The translations under genes were made by a program, and so were the position numbers. From the NCBI GenBank assembly GCA_002269645.1, contig NIVC01000184.1, positions 645,173-709,172 of the forward strand: DNA of 64,000 nt, read 5' to 3'. The stretch is from Macrostomum lignano (taxonomy: Eukaryota). Shown one piece after another: positions 24,518 through 38,500 of the stretch. The notes below the pieces were generated by a model. That model had not been told where the DNA came from, did not search any database, and was given only the letters and a program-made list of their open reading frames with translations. Numbering within the stretch: the first letter of the stretch is position 1; every line of letters starts with the position of its first letter.

Positions 24518-25454
24518 CTAAAGTGTGTAAGGAAAATCTTATAAGAAAGAAATATGAAGCAAATTTAAATTATATTAAGTAACTAGTTTACTGAAATTAG
24601 GCAAAGCTACTCAAAGGCTTTATTGAGCAATAAATTAGTTATCTAAACAAGTAGGCTAAGAGTTGGGGCCTTAAAGCTTTAGGTTATTATTATAAGCTTT
24701 ATATGCAAATAATGATATTTTATTTTTTAAAAACAATTATACTGTATAATAGGATAATAACCAAGCAGTTTTTAACCTTATTTATTTATTCTTCTTAGAG
24801 GGAGGTGTGTCCAACTTAGGACTTAAAAAACAAGTTTGTCACAACTAGTGAAAAGCATCACTGTCAATTCTATCAACTCTCTTAAGCATACATATAAGTA
24901 CATAGATATGTATATCCAGTCACATGAATAGGTATACATAGGGAGTACATTGTGGCCCTAACTTGTCTAGACCATTGGCACATAAAATCACTACACTAGA
25001 CTATAGCTCTATTCTATATAGTGTAGAGTACCATAAGATGCTACAGTGAGTAGACTAATGTAAACATGCATAGCAAAACTATGATGAAAGATGAATCATG
25101 TTGTAACTTATGATGAAATATGAGTCATGTTACTAATGAAGTGAGCACTATTTTAGTGTTGGGTGCCCCCTTTTGTCAGCTGTGCCCTGCGCCCTTCTGA
25201 GTTGTTGGCTGCCACTGGCCGCAGCTCTCCCTCTCCTTCTCCCTCTTAGCAGCAAGACTTATAGCAGCCTTAAAATATCTTGTGCTTTGCCATAGCAATG
25301 AAGCAAGGCTATATTTCTGAGAGAGAAAATTATCAAATAATAAGTTATTTGAGTCTTTTATGTGATCTTTTATGTGATCTTTTATGTGATTTTATGTGTC
25401 TTTTATGTTTAACAATTTTATTGCTAGCTTTTCCTGTCCAATTTGATTTCTACA

Positions 25455-25585
25455 CTCAAGGAATACATTGACCTCTGCACTCGAGAAATACATCTTGACT
25501 TCTGCACTCAAGGAATACATTGACCTCTGCACTTAAGGAATGCATTGACCTCTGCACTCGAGGAATACATTGATTTTTGCACTCA
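25455..25585. repeat. ~26-bp tandem repeat (CTGCACTCAAGGAATACATTGACCT)
   Basis: About 5 units. Confidence 0.85.
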
Positions 25586-25824
25586 AGAAACAGTTTGACT
25601 GATTGTTATGCTCTCACATTTGGCCAATTTTGGACTTCAAGGACTTCAAGAGGACTATTCCGGAGGAAACAGACTTAAGAAGACAAGCTCTACAGACTTG
25701 CACAACAAAGAGGAGCCTGCAACAGTAAGTGATCACTGATTTTGTTTGTAGGCTTAAGCGTCTGGAAGTGGGAGTTTTCGAATGACTGATCACTACTCAA
25801 TCAGAGTACTTATAGGCACAGTGG

Positions 25825-26660
25825 CTGTGTCTATAATATTGGAGCTTATAGGCATGGTGGCCATGTCTATTATATTTGAGCTTATAAGCATGGGCATGGC
25901 TATTATCATCGATATAAAATGTGTGTTCTGTAAGGCTCTCTCATAAGCAAATGGTAGCTTAGTGGATATGTCAATTGCCTTGTGATTGCATGTAAGAAGT
26001 TTCAAATCCCAAGAAGTAAGCATTTTTTTCATTTAATTTTTTTAGTGAACAGAATTTTTTCCATCTTGAACTTTTTAGGTTTTTTAATTAAAATAAAATA
26101 ATAATTAAAATTAAATTTTTTAATAAGAGTAGAAATGTTCACTAAATCTTAAAGTGTGGCTGCAAGTATATACATAGCTATATCTGTAAGTATTTGAACT
26201 TACTGATTATTACAAATTAACAAATTTTATATTATAAGAAGTTTGCCATATTTTTGTTTATACTCGTCAATTATTGCTGGATTTTCATTTATTCTCAAGT
26301 CACTTAATTATGCATTTAGTAAGGCTATATAATGTTTAACTCATGACAAAGTACGGCCAATATATATTGAAAAAAAAATTTTTTTTCAGTAGCTACATGT
26401 ATAATTAGAGCCACACTTTAAGATTTAGTGTTATTCTTAAAATTTTAATTTGATTTAGTTAAAAAAAATTCAAATTAAAAAAACCCTGACCACTTGGGAT
26501 TTGAACCTTTTCATGTAATCACAAGGGAATTAACTTATTAACTTATCAACTAAGCCACTATTTGCTTATGTTATAAGAGATCCCTACAAAATACACATTC
26601 TAAATTGATGATTATATATATGGCAGCCATGCCTATAAGCTCCAATATTATAAACATGCC
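25825..26660. repeat. Long imperfect inverted repeat (arms ~25825-26190 and ~26390-26660)
   Basis: CTAAATCTTAAAGTGTGGC vs GCCACACTTTAAGATTTAG; TATAATATTGGAGCTTATAGGC vs GCCTATAAGCTCCAATATTATA. Both arms contain B-box-like (G/T)TTCAAATCCC. Confidence 0.8.
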
Positions 26661-26679
26661 CACCCAACGTGTCTCCAAG

Positions 26680-26935
26680 TATGAATCCATTTATATTAAC
26701 AACACGGCCATCCACCATGTCTCTAAATATGAACCCATTCAATATTAATGACATGGTCACCTACTATGTCTCTAATTGTGAACTGTGAACCCATTCAATA
26801 TTAACAACACAGCCACCCACCATGTCTCTAAGTGTGAACCCATTTAATATTAACAACATGACCATCCACTGTGTCTCTAAGTGTGAACCTATTCAATATT
26901 AACATGGCCATCTACCATGTCTAAGTGTGAACCCT
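26680..26935. repeat. ~45-bp tandem repeat (CCATGTCTCTAAGTGTGAACCCATTCAATATTAAC..)
   Basis: 5-6 imperfect units. Confidence 0.8.
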
Positions 26936-27045
26936 GCAACAGATGAATGCATGCAACACATGGTAGTCATATCTATAAATATAGAGCTAGTCACTATTAG
27001 AGACATAGCCATTGTGTCTATAAGTTTCTGCACTATAGACATGGC

Positions 27046-28223
27046 TAGAGGTCGGACGGGATTGAAATCTTTGGGTGGGATCGGGATTGGGAATAATTTT
27101 TTCTCGGGATTGGGATTTGGGAATTGGGATCAGGTCTTTTAGTGTATTGTCCATGTAAAGTTAAACAAAATTGAGAAAAGATTGTCAAGATCAAGAAGTA
27201 AAACACAACAAAATTGATATGAAGTTTTGTAACCAACTGTGCTAGTATGTTTCTGTTAATTACCTTTACTATTCTTTGTACCTAATAAAATGCCTATTAT
27301 GATTCATACATGTAAATTAGCTGATTTATAACCATGTTAAATTCGCGCACAAACTAGAAACTAATTTTAGCATTTGTTTTACCATGCAAAATATTATCGA
27401 TAAATATTTTTGTTATAAACATAGCCGTCTGAAACAGTATATATACGAGTGATTTTTGCCAAATAAAAGTAACCTTTTCTTGCTCTTGAAATATTTTGTG
27501 CGCTATAATATTGGTTTGTTCTATATTCTCAGATAAACTTTGAAATCTTGTTGAGTTAGTTATTTTAAGGAAAAAGGGAGTAACAGTGCTCAGAAACTTA
27601 CTAAAAGAAGGGATTGGGAAAATATTAAAAAGGGAAATTTGGAGAGTTGTGCTGTGACCCTCTAATCCCAGTGAACACCTGACTAGGACAATCTAATAAG
27701 TTCATGTACTAGTACTAGACTGCTCAGGCCATACATAAGACGCTACTAGACTAATACATAAGACGCTACCAGACTAATACATAAAACGCTACCAGAATAT
27801 TCAAATGAAATTCTAAGAAACAGTTAGAAACATTAAGGCAAGATTTAGTGTCAGCAGTAGAATTAGTGAGATATTATTAAGAAGGAAGAATTAGCCCCGT
27901 TACAACTTTGGTGTCAGCAGCTGAGATTTCTAGACAAAGGAATTTTTATAGAGAGCCAAGAGGCCTGTGACAACTTTGGTGTCAGCAGAGGGATAATTTG
28001 TAGGGACAGAAGTAACCCCTACGATACAACAAAGTAAATAATGTAACAAGTACAAGTTAAAGTAAATACCTTCAAGTAATCACTAATTCTATAAATTATT
28101 AATCGAAGGACCTGTTCCCAAATATTAAGTTTTTTAGGGTCGGGATTCTGGTCCTGCGGGAATTCAATTTTCCTTGGGATCCCAAGATTTCGGGATCAGG
28201 ATCAGGATCTCGTCCAACCTCTA
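27046..28223. mobile_element. 1178-bp non-autonomous hAT element, long copy
   Basis: TIRs TAGAGGTCGGACGGGAT / ATCTCGTCCAACCTCTA. Exact 8-bp TSD GACATGGC (27038-27045, 28224-28231). Subterminal GGGATC repeats. Confidence 0.88.
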
Positions 28224-31200
28224 GACATGGCTGCCATGTTTCTAAGTGTAGTGTTGTTTATTTGATTGAATTTTTTTAATTTTAGATTTTATATTTGGAT
28301 TATTCTTGTCTCATCTTATCTAGAATTTTTAGACTTATAACCCTTTCTTGTCTTAATAAAATCTCAAATTTTGATAGCTCTAAGACAAGTCTAATGTCAA
28401 TTTTATTGTATTTTAGCAGTTAGACTTGGAACTCACTATTTTTTAAGTTTAAAATTATAAAAGCACCTAGGGCATATTGTTTAATTAGTGTCAATTTTAA
28501 AAATGGCTTTTATTAAGCAAAGTATGATAGGTTATTATTATTGTATTAAAATATTTATAACTAAAAAAATTAATGACTATGCTCCTTAGGTATTTTTCCT
28601 CCCGTCTAGTTTATTTTTTGTTAACAGAATTGTATTGCAAAATTATTACATTTGCATTTCAAATGCATATCGGCAAATCTCAGGATCCACATTAAGGTCC
28701 ATAGGTCTAGGCCCTACTTCTAGTCTTAAGAATAGACAGAATAGACAAAAAAGGAATATGAAAAACGACTTACAAAAATCTTCATTGAAGTTGACAGATC
28801 GAATTACACACCTTTGCATGCTCTTTCTGCTTTGCTACAAAGTGACAAGCCTAACAAACATCTACTAGACCTATTTTAATTATTAGCCTATTGAGTAGGG
28901 CTTCTCGATGGCTGGGACACAATGTAAAACACGAACACGTCACAACAATAAACAAACTCTTAGTCTTAGCGGATTTAAAACCATAGGCCTATGTTTAAAT
29001 TAATTCATTGTAGCTTAAGTTGTGTCCTTAACTGAAATTAAACTACAATAAATTTAACTCATGATACTGCTAATTACTAAAGGAAAATACTATCGACTAT
29101 CGTTTTTTTGACTCAGTTATGCATTGAATGGAATTTACCGCTGCAGTTTTTAAGTTCAATTGAATTCGGATTTGTGATTGATTCAAATGAACGCCGTAAG
29201 TTTAAGAACCAGATAATCAAATTTTAGGTTAAGATATGAAATAATATTCGACAACAAAATTATTGAATACTTGTTACTATAACTTTTTTTGACAAAAAAC
29301 AATAACTTTGGTTAAAAAAGCTCAACTAACTATGTCGCAATAAATATGAATTCTTAATCAAATTTGAGCTGTAGATTTTCATAGAAGGTACACGTCAGAG
29401 CATGCAATGTTTTCTCCGCTCATCAAAATATTATGAGCTTTATGAAGGCCTACATTTACGAGACTCGTAGAATGTCAAAACACAAAACAGAAATTTCAAC
29501 AGCAAAATAAAAAATATTACTTCTACAGTCCAAGACCAGGAAATATTCGTAACTTGAGATTCCTAAATTCCTAAATTTGGAATAACCATTTGTCCTTTGG
29601 CATCTTTCTTGTGATCGAATGGTTTAAAAGAGCATAGAACATTTGTGACCCGACCTAAAACTCAAAGATCGAGAAATTCAATCAAACAAAATTATTTAAA
29701 ACTCATGTCTCCGACTTTTTCACTTGCGCGGAGAAGCTCGTTTTTTATGCTTGATCCCGCCGTCAATTTTTTTATTAATTTTTACACTGTATATAAATTT
29801 ACTCTGTAGAAATCTGAATAATTACGTAGATAGATATGCCGATTTCAAATTAAGTATGGACGTCGACGCATCTCAAAAGATTCGCGAAACTCAAGGGGCA
29901 AGACGTCTTTTCAGAACGGAGCATAGAATTGTGGCACAATTTTTATGCACAGTACATAAAAGAATGATAGATTCAAATGCTGCCTGTACATGTACACACG
30001 ACAGTAAAATGAAGTGACTACTGTATATGATTTTATTTATTATTTAAACAAGACCATGACCATGCAGGCTTTCCCCTAAAATGCAGCTTATAGTATAGTC
30101 AAGGTCAAATCCGAGACTGTTGTTCAGCTGTAAAAATAGACAGCTCGTAGATACGACATTAGTTTAGTTGTTTTCAGTCAGCCATTCGTCAGAATTCGCA
30201 TCAGTTGACTGAAGCGCAGAATGTCCAAAGATTCAGTGCAGCTTTAAGCTGTCACCTGAGGTGACGCAGAAGGGCCGGAATTTCTGGAGCAAATTGAAGC
30301 CAGTGATGAGAGGTAGTTCTATCGCTGAAGAGACATTAACTGTTGCATACAATTGTAGCGGCAGGTCGGCAGTGCCAATATATTTTTACTCAAATGAAAG
30401 GTCCACGAGACCAGATTTATTTCCGCGCACAAGCGCACGACACCTGTGTTTGTCTTCCTTTTCCTTCAGTTAAAATCAGGGTTGAGGAGTAAAATTTCAG
30501 GGGACAAAAGCCATCTTGGCAGCGTGCAAGGAAGCGCGGTACGTGACCTGGACAGTCGTCGAGGAGTACGTCTCGGAATTGAAGCCTCATGCGTCGTCGG
30601 GGAAATGCAGAGAATTACGTTTTAGCGGCGGCTATGTGGAGTGCCTTTTTGGCTGCCTGCGTCAGCTCAAATTTTTTTCTTTAAAGTTTTATTGTTCCAA
30701 TTTTCTTGCATCGGTGTTTGCATTCGTAACGCCAAATATACTTTTAATTCAAGTTGTTGCCTTTATGGGATAGCTTCCGCGCATCCCCTTTCGTGCCAAT
30801 GCTGCTCTTGATTCTTCTTTTTGTGTTTAATCTGAGTAGATCCTATTTTATTTAATGTTGTCTGATCTCTTTCACATCAAAAAAGACAAGTCAAACAACA
30901 CAGCGTCCAAGGAAATTGACAATGTAATATTTGAATTTAATTTATCCAGCTATAGTTGCTAAACCAAGTGGCATTAACACAGCAACATTAAGAATCTAAT
31001 TTTACTGTTTTGAAATAAGGTTGACGCGGATACAGTGTCGGACAGTTGCAACAGAGGGGTAGAACACGGACACGAGTGAGTAAGTAAATATGCAAAAAAA
31101 CTAAGGGCGTAGTTTGATATTTTTAAACCAAGTACGACAATAATAAGTTTATACCTAAAATCGATATTTGCTACATATTATTTTAAGATGACAGAAACGT

Positions 31201-31367
31201 CACTTTGAATTTAAAAAGAGAACTATCCTACACAAGCAATTTTCAGCAAGACAGTTAGTGCTTGCCATTTATGAAGGGAGGGAGAGTGTGGACAAAAAAC
31301 TAAACAGTAAAAATTGTCCATCAACTGACAGGTTCAGACCAGTTGCAGCTCAATCGAATTCGAATAT

Positions 31368-34300
31368 TTAGATAATGATCTCATAGTCGTCGCCCAATTC
31401 TTCCTCAGTAGGCAGCAGAATCTGATCTTCTGGAATTAGATTCCGATCAACAAGCGGCAGGCCTAGCCTTTGCCGTCTCTCCAATTCTAGGTAGGCCTCG
31501 CGGGTCACCCATTCGCGCTTATTTGGCGGCGGGATGTGGACTAAGAAGTACATGAACACGACGAAGCCCAGAGTGATGGAGGAGAATAGGAACATTTTGT
31601 GCCGGAAGATGTCGTCCTCTTTGTCTGCCGGGTTGTAGCCATGAGGAATCCAGTCCTACAGTGCAATCGAAGTTTCAAAATAAATTAATGTCGCCAGTTG
31701 TCTGATGTAGCCAGCAGCTTTGCAGGCCAGAGATTGCTAACAAATTAAAATGGGTCTCAACCACCTGTTAAATAGAGTTGTGCCTTTATCACAATGCCAT
31801 TTCGGAGTTCTGGGTCCAAACTCAGGATGCCAAAATGAAAACTGAGATACTGGCTAGAGAAATAATGAAGCAATATATCTAAGCTATCCTTTATAGTTCT
31901 GAGCCTCTCTGACCCATAGAAATTTCAAAAGCCTGCAGACTCCAAGTTTATACAGATTGCTAAAAGTTGAAAACTGATTAGTCTTAAAATATAAAAATCC
32001 AAATAATGATATTTTAAATTAGGTATAAATTAAACAAACAAGGAACTTGAATTAAATGATTTATATTTGCTTATTGATTGTTTTGCAATTCCAATTCATT
32101 TTAAATGAAAATCAATTCATTAGCAATTTTTGGTAAATGGCAGGAATAACTGTAACTGTCTTATTACAGCTGAATGCCTTGTCATATAATTAGTACTACA
32201 TCTGAATTTTTGGTAAATTAGTATATGTAGGATCATGAGCTTAGGAATAAGGGCTACAAGTCAAAAGGGTGACACTCACAATATTTTTATTGTAATTAGA
32301 ATTTCACATATATTAGACCCATGTTTATTTTAATATATTTGGTAAAATGGATTAGACTTTTTTAAATATTGATATATTTATATTATTATGCAGTAATGCA
32401 TAATTCAATCCATAGTCAGACTCATATTATATATATGCTAGAAGTTACCGAAAAATATTTTTAATTGTATATCAGATATACTAGGCAAACTGTACAAGTG
32501 CACTAGGTATGCCAGTAGTTGACTAATATAGTGATCCGCTAGTTTGGTGTTAGGCATTGCAGCTTATTAGCAGCTTTTTTTGCCCTCACCTTGGGTCAAC
32601 TGCTAGACAGCCTCCTTTCCCCTTTGCTGCCTATTATCTGGTGCCCACTTTTTCTTTGCGCACTTGCTTGTAACACGAGCTTTCTCTGCTATGGCCTGCT
32701 CTGCATTTCATTCCTATCCTGAGGTTGCACTGGTGGCCTATTTCCCTTGTTAGGTGAGCAAGTCACCTGACAAGTCTTGTGTTCTTGAAGTCCTAAAGTG
32801 CAGTAAATATGTTTAATGCACTTGTTGTCCTATGTTTATGGGAGGAATCATGTGCTTTGGGCCCTTGCCTTCTCTAAGATAACAGGTGACTCATGTTTTT
32901 AAAAGTAGATACTAAGTCATGCAGCCCTATGCACTTTACTCATAGACCCTGCCTTCTCTAAGGTGCAGGGTGATGTCAGTTCTAAAAATAGAACAGAGTC
33001 ACAAGGTCTGGCGCACACTGGCTCAGTGGGGTTTCCCTGGCCTATAAATACATGCCCTTCACCCTTGGTTCAGTCAAGGATTTGTATTCTTATTGTTCTT
33101 CTTTAGTCTAGTTTTCTAGACTGTGTTTACTTGCCTATTTAAGCTATCTGTAATTGGCTAGACTAAACTTAGATGCCAAAGCCTAAGGGAGACTAACACT
33201 ACCTTCCCAGCCATCCCCTGAGCCTGACAGGATCTGCTGACCAGGACACCTTGTTTATTAATCTGCAAATTTGCATGCTGTACTAAGTTTATTGACTTAT
33301 TTATTTTGTTCTGACAGGAAGCTTATCCCACTGAAGGCCAAGACCTAAAGGAACTAGTGGTAGCATTATCTATGCTACTAAGAGCTAATAGAAGGCTTCT
33401 AGTTGAGAAGACAGAAAGCCCAAATCACTGTGCTAGACAGCAGGAGAAGCATAGGTACATTGGTAGTAGTGATGAGATTCAAATACCAACCAGGCCACCT
33501 TGAGACAACCCCCAGACAAACCCTAAGTATAACACTAAAATCTCCTAGCCCCTAGCCTACTCCAGCATTGATATAAACATTTGCATTAATTCAAAAATAA
33601 AAAACCCAGGACTTCTACCTTTCTTTTAGCTTTATTGATATTCTAGTTAACTAGTTAGCTAAAAATTATAAAATAAGTTGCATATTCAATATTGCTACTT
33701 AGAAAATTTAACAAATTTAACAAATATGCTTGTACAAGTTAGCCTAATGTTAACTATTTGTACATAACAAAAACATTATAATATAGAAATCTGACATTTG
33801 CGAACTTGTAATTTTAATAAATATATTAATGACAATTGCCCTTTTGACTGTCACCCTTTAAATTGTTGCCTTTTTGACTATTGCCCATTTGACTACGGCC
33901 TTTTTGATCAATAGCCAAATATCTCAATTTAGTACATTGTATGTAATAAGCTAAAATAAGCTTAACTGCTATAAACAATAAAACGCAATTTTATTTTAAC
34001 AGATAATTTTATATAGCTCTTTTCTGAAAGATAATGAACTATATATAACATACTTGATATGAACGTATATAGTCCTAGAACTTTAAGTATTAGAAAGAAT
34101 TCAAGCATAGCAAGTGCTTAATAGATGATCTAATCTAAAATCACTAGGTAATTAAAATCAATTGAGATAAAAAGTCACAAACATTTTATTGCAAAATATA
34201 GGTTTTTGCCCAAAATGAAAGTTTTAATATATTGAAAATTTAGAAAATTTCATTTTTTTAAATTTAAAACTTGTGTTGTAGGGCTTACTTTTACAAGCCC

Positions 34301-35500
34301 TACGACACATTTCTTCAATTATTAACCACTTCTACACTTGATAACTTTGTGTTACTTAATCAATTTTTAAAAGTATGATATCATTTCACTTATAAAATCT
34401 AGGGCAATAATGTAAGATGATTGAAAAATGGATTTCATTTTTTTATTAGACACCCTAATATAGAATACTAATATAGATATATAGTATAGAATATATAGAA
34501 CTAATATAACTAATAAATCTAATATATTTTAACTATTTATAAATTTTAATAATTAAAATATCACTATGATCTATTGTATAATTCAATTAAATATATTAGG
34601 ATCCTTTGGACTATTGCCTTTTTGATTATTAACTTTTGACTATATACAAATATAGTTAGCAAAAATAGTTTATATTTATAATCTACAAGCTGTTGAAACC
34701 CGCGGATTTTGAACCCGGGGAATTCCAATCCCCGGAACTACTTTTGCATGTATTCTGAAATCTAAGGCCATACACAAACAAATTAATAGTTAGTAGGATA
34801 GAGGTAGACATAAAATAGAGCACATTTGTGTAAATTAGGTTTTGAGGCAAACGTTGATATTGTTTGCTGGAATGCTAGGGTACTCCACAGAATGCCAGGC
34901 AATGTCTGTCTGACTCTAAAACATGTATTGGCAAAATCTGGCCTCTCCCTGACTCTCCCTATGTCCCTTGGATCCTTTAAAATTTCTATTGTCTCTTCTG
35001 TTTCCTTTCTTCTCTCTCATCCCTCGTCTCTCATCTCTCCTCTCTTTTCTCTCCTCTCTTCTTTTGTATCTTCCCTCATCTCTCTTCTCTTTCATCTCTC
35101 TTATCTCATCTCTTCCCTATTCTTTTCTCTCTCCTCTCCTCTCTCCTCTCTACTCTTTTGTTTTCTCTCTCCTCTCCTCTCTCTTCTCCCCCCCTCTTCT
35201 CTCGTCTCTTCCTTCTCCTCTCTATTCTTTTCTCTCTTCTCTTAACTCTCTCCTCTACTCTCTCATCTCTCCTCTCTACTCTTTCCTCTCTCTCTCCTCT
35301 CTCCCCTCTTCTCTCGTCTCTTCCCTCACCTCTTTCCTCTCTCTCTTTCCTCTCATCTCTTTTCTTGTTTTATCTCTTCTCTCTCTCCCCTCGTCGCTTG
35401 TCTCTTCCCTCACCTCTCTTCTCTCTCGTCCGCTTTTTCATCTCTCCTTTCTCTTCTTTTATATTTTCTCTCTTATCTCTTCTCGTTTCTCTCTGCTCTG

Positions 35501-35555
<55 letters not shown>

Positions 35556-38500
35556 CTCTCCCATCTCTTTTCTCCTCTCTACTCTCTCCCCTCTTCATTC
35601 TCCTATTTCCTCTTCTCTCTCCCTGTCTCTCCTTTCTCCTCTAGTCTCTGTAATCTCTTCTCTCTTCTCTCTCCTCTGTTCTCTCCACTCTCCCATCTCT
35701 CATCTGTTCATCTGCTCTCTCATCTGTCATCTTTACTCTCTTATACGTTCTCTCACTTATCTCCTCTGTACTCTTCTCTTCACCTCTTCTCACTCCTCTC
35801 TTTCCTTACTCCTCTCTTCTTTTCTTTTCCCTTTCTATACTCTCTCTCCTCTATTATCTTCTCTCATCTCTCTGCACTCTCCTCTCACCTTTTTCATCTC
35901 TCATCTCTTCTTTGATCTGTCTCATCTTTACAATCTCATCTCTTTCCTCTCTCCTCCTCTTCCCTTTACTCTCTCATCTCTTCTTTCTCCCCTTTTCTTA
36001 CACCCCTCTCTTATCTCTATCTCTTCTCTTCTGACCCCTTCTCTCCCCCTCTTATCTCCTCTCTTTTCTATCCTTTCTACTCTCTCCTCTCTAATCTCTC
36101 ATCTCCTCTTGACCCTCTGTCATCTTCTTTCTGCTCTCTCATCTCTCATCTCCTCTCATCTCTTCTCTACTCTCCTCTCATCGATCCTCTGTCTCATCTC
36201 TCCCCTCTTCTCACCTTTACTCTTTCCTCTCCCTCCTTTCTCCCCTCCTCTCACTTCTTCCTCCTTTCTTCTCTGCTCTCTCCTTACCACTTGTCTCTCC
36301 TCTTATATTCCATGTTTTCTCATATCCCCCTCTCGCCTCTCCTCTCTTCTAATAGTCTATTCCTTCTCCTTTCCTCTCTCATCTGGCCCGCACATAAGCT
36401 GGATTCTTTATCTGGCTTTTGAAGTAAAAGTCTACCTATTCCTGCTTGGTAAGCCATGCAGTTTGTGGGACGTACTACTCTCATGGCTGTTCTCATGCTT
36501 TGATCACATCATTTTTCTTGCCAATTTGCAGCCCTGAAAGGAATTTGTGTATTTTCAGCTCCACTGCAGTCTGCATCAGTCTAACAACCAAGGAAATAAG
36601 CATTTTTAAGGACATTTAATATTTAAAGTACTTTTAAGAGAAACCTAAAATTTCCATGGTGTGACTAATTTAGTAGGGTTGTATTGCATTGCATTGCCTT
36701 TTCATAAATCTTTTGCTTTTACAAACCATGCTGGATAGTGGATTCCCTCGATTTGCCAATTGCCATATACTGTTAAACTGCTGCAGAGTTTGCCAATACA
36801 GAGGGGAGGGCAGTGGTTAGAATTTCTCACTAAACTGTCATGGCTAAACATAGCCTCTCCACTCTCGGTGTGCAGAGAAGGCTATAAATAAAGTTATTCC
36901 AAAACACTGTACATTTGCTATGTACATTCAGTCCTATTGCCTGACCCTTCGTCTGGCTCTGGGGGAATGAGTGAGTGAGTGGCACAAACAACAGAAAAAG
37001 CAGACAAACTTCACATGCTTACAGTTTCTGTTCTGATTGAGTTAGAGAGTTGAAACTTTACATTTAGACAGAGAATGAATCAAAGAAGAATTGTGTTAAG
37101 TTAGAAGTCAATCGCTTTGCATGGAGCAAACTTATGGCAGCCGAAAGTTAGTCATTTTAAAACCCATTTACACCCTTTGCCCAGATCGGGAAAGAGGCAG
37201 GCAGGCGGAGGTTGGGGTGGCTGTCTCGCTGAAAAAAACAGCCAAACTTTAAAAGTGCACAGCACCATTTAGGATTAACTTTGAGATTTGAAATTTTACA
37301 CGATTGTGTCAAAATAGTTGAAATTGCCTGTGTCAAATTTGAACAGAATCGGTAGAAGTGGAGCGTCGCTATGGAGGATTAGTGAAAAAATCGCGCATTT
37401 TGAGCAGTTTTTTGTACTTTTAGGTAGGAAGACTTGAGTCTAGGAAATTAAAAGGTAGCCTAAGACATTCTCCGTAGTAAGTTTAGGGTGGGTGTAAAGT
37501 TTGGTGTAATTTGGTTGAGCAGTTTGGGAGTCCATAGCGATCAAATTTGTACACAGACTAGAGGTCGGACGGGATTGAAATCTTTGGGCGGGATCGGGAT
37601 CGGGAATAATTTTTTTCTCGGGATCGGGATCAGGATCGGGATTTTGGGAATCGGGATCAGGTCTTTTAGTGTATTGTCCATGTAAAGTTAAACAAAATTG
37701 AGAAAAGATTGTCAAGATCAAGAAGTAAAACACAACGAAATTGATATAAAGTTTTGTAACCAACAAAGTAAATAATGTAACGAGTACAAGTTAAAGCAAA
37801 ATACCTTCAAGTAATCACTAATTCTATAAATTATTTAATCAAAAGACCTGTTCCCGAATCTCGAGTTTTTTAGGGTCGGGATTCTCGTCCCGCGGGAATT
37901 CAATTTTTCTCGGGATCCCAAGATTTCGGGATCGGGATCGGGATCCCGTCTGACCTCTAACACAGACACACACACAGACAGACAGAGTTTTGATTTTTAT
38001 ATGTAGAGATGAACTAGCAAATTAAATTTTTGCCAAAGTTTTTTTTTCCAAATTGTTTAGGATTCAAAATATAATACTACAAGAGTTAACACTAGAACTA
38101 GGCCTATGTCTAAAATAGGCCTTAACAAGAAAATATGAGGCACAAATAAAAAAATCAAATAGCCCCTACTGGCCTAGGCCCCTACCCTAGTTTTTTATAT
38201 TTTATAGGCCTATGCCTATGGACATTACATTTCAATTTCATTATTGAAAATGAAATAGAACATACTATTACTATAGCTAGATCTAATAAAATTCTTTTTT
38301 TAACTTAAATGCATTACCTCAAAGTCCTCTTTTACAGAAGCTTCAATTTCTTGCTTTTCTGCTTCTGTAAGTGAATTCTGATCAAGAATATAGTCATCTT
38401 TATGAGCTCCAGCCAAAGATCTTTTTGGAAAGCCACAAGGGCTACCATTGACATTATTCAAGACTTTGTTGAGAGGCAAAAGTATAGGTCTATTGGCAGT

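Noticed and set aside
25955-26010. Intact tRNA gene
   Set aside because: Only A/B-box-like motifs; I could not fold a convincing cloverleaf.
30261-30773. Short plus-strand ORFs (70 and 85 aa)
   Set aside because: No recognisable motif, weak starts, no supporting exon chain.
31205-31268. MASTNCLAENCLC.. just downstream of NDUFB11 as the WDR45 start exon
   Set aside because: No FNQD-like sequence and no convincing phase-1 donor.
32930-33300. Possible solo LTR with TATAAATA near 33044
   Set aside because: No TG..CA termini or TSD could be defined.
34826-36537. 315- and 459-aa Leu/Ser-rich ORFs
   Set aside because: Translations of the CT low-complexity tract.
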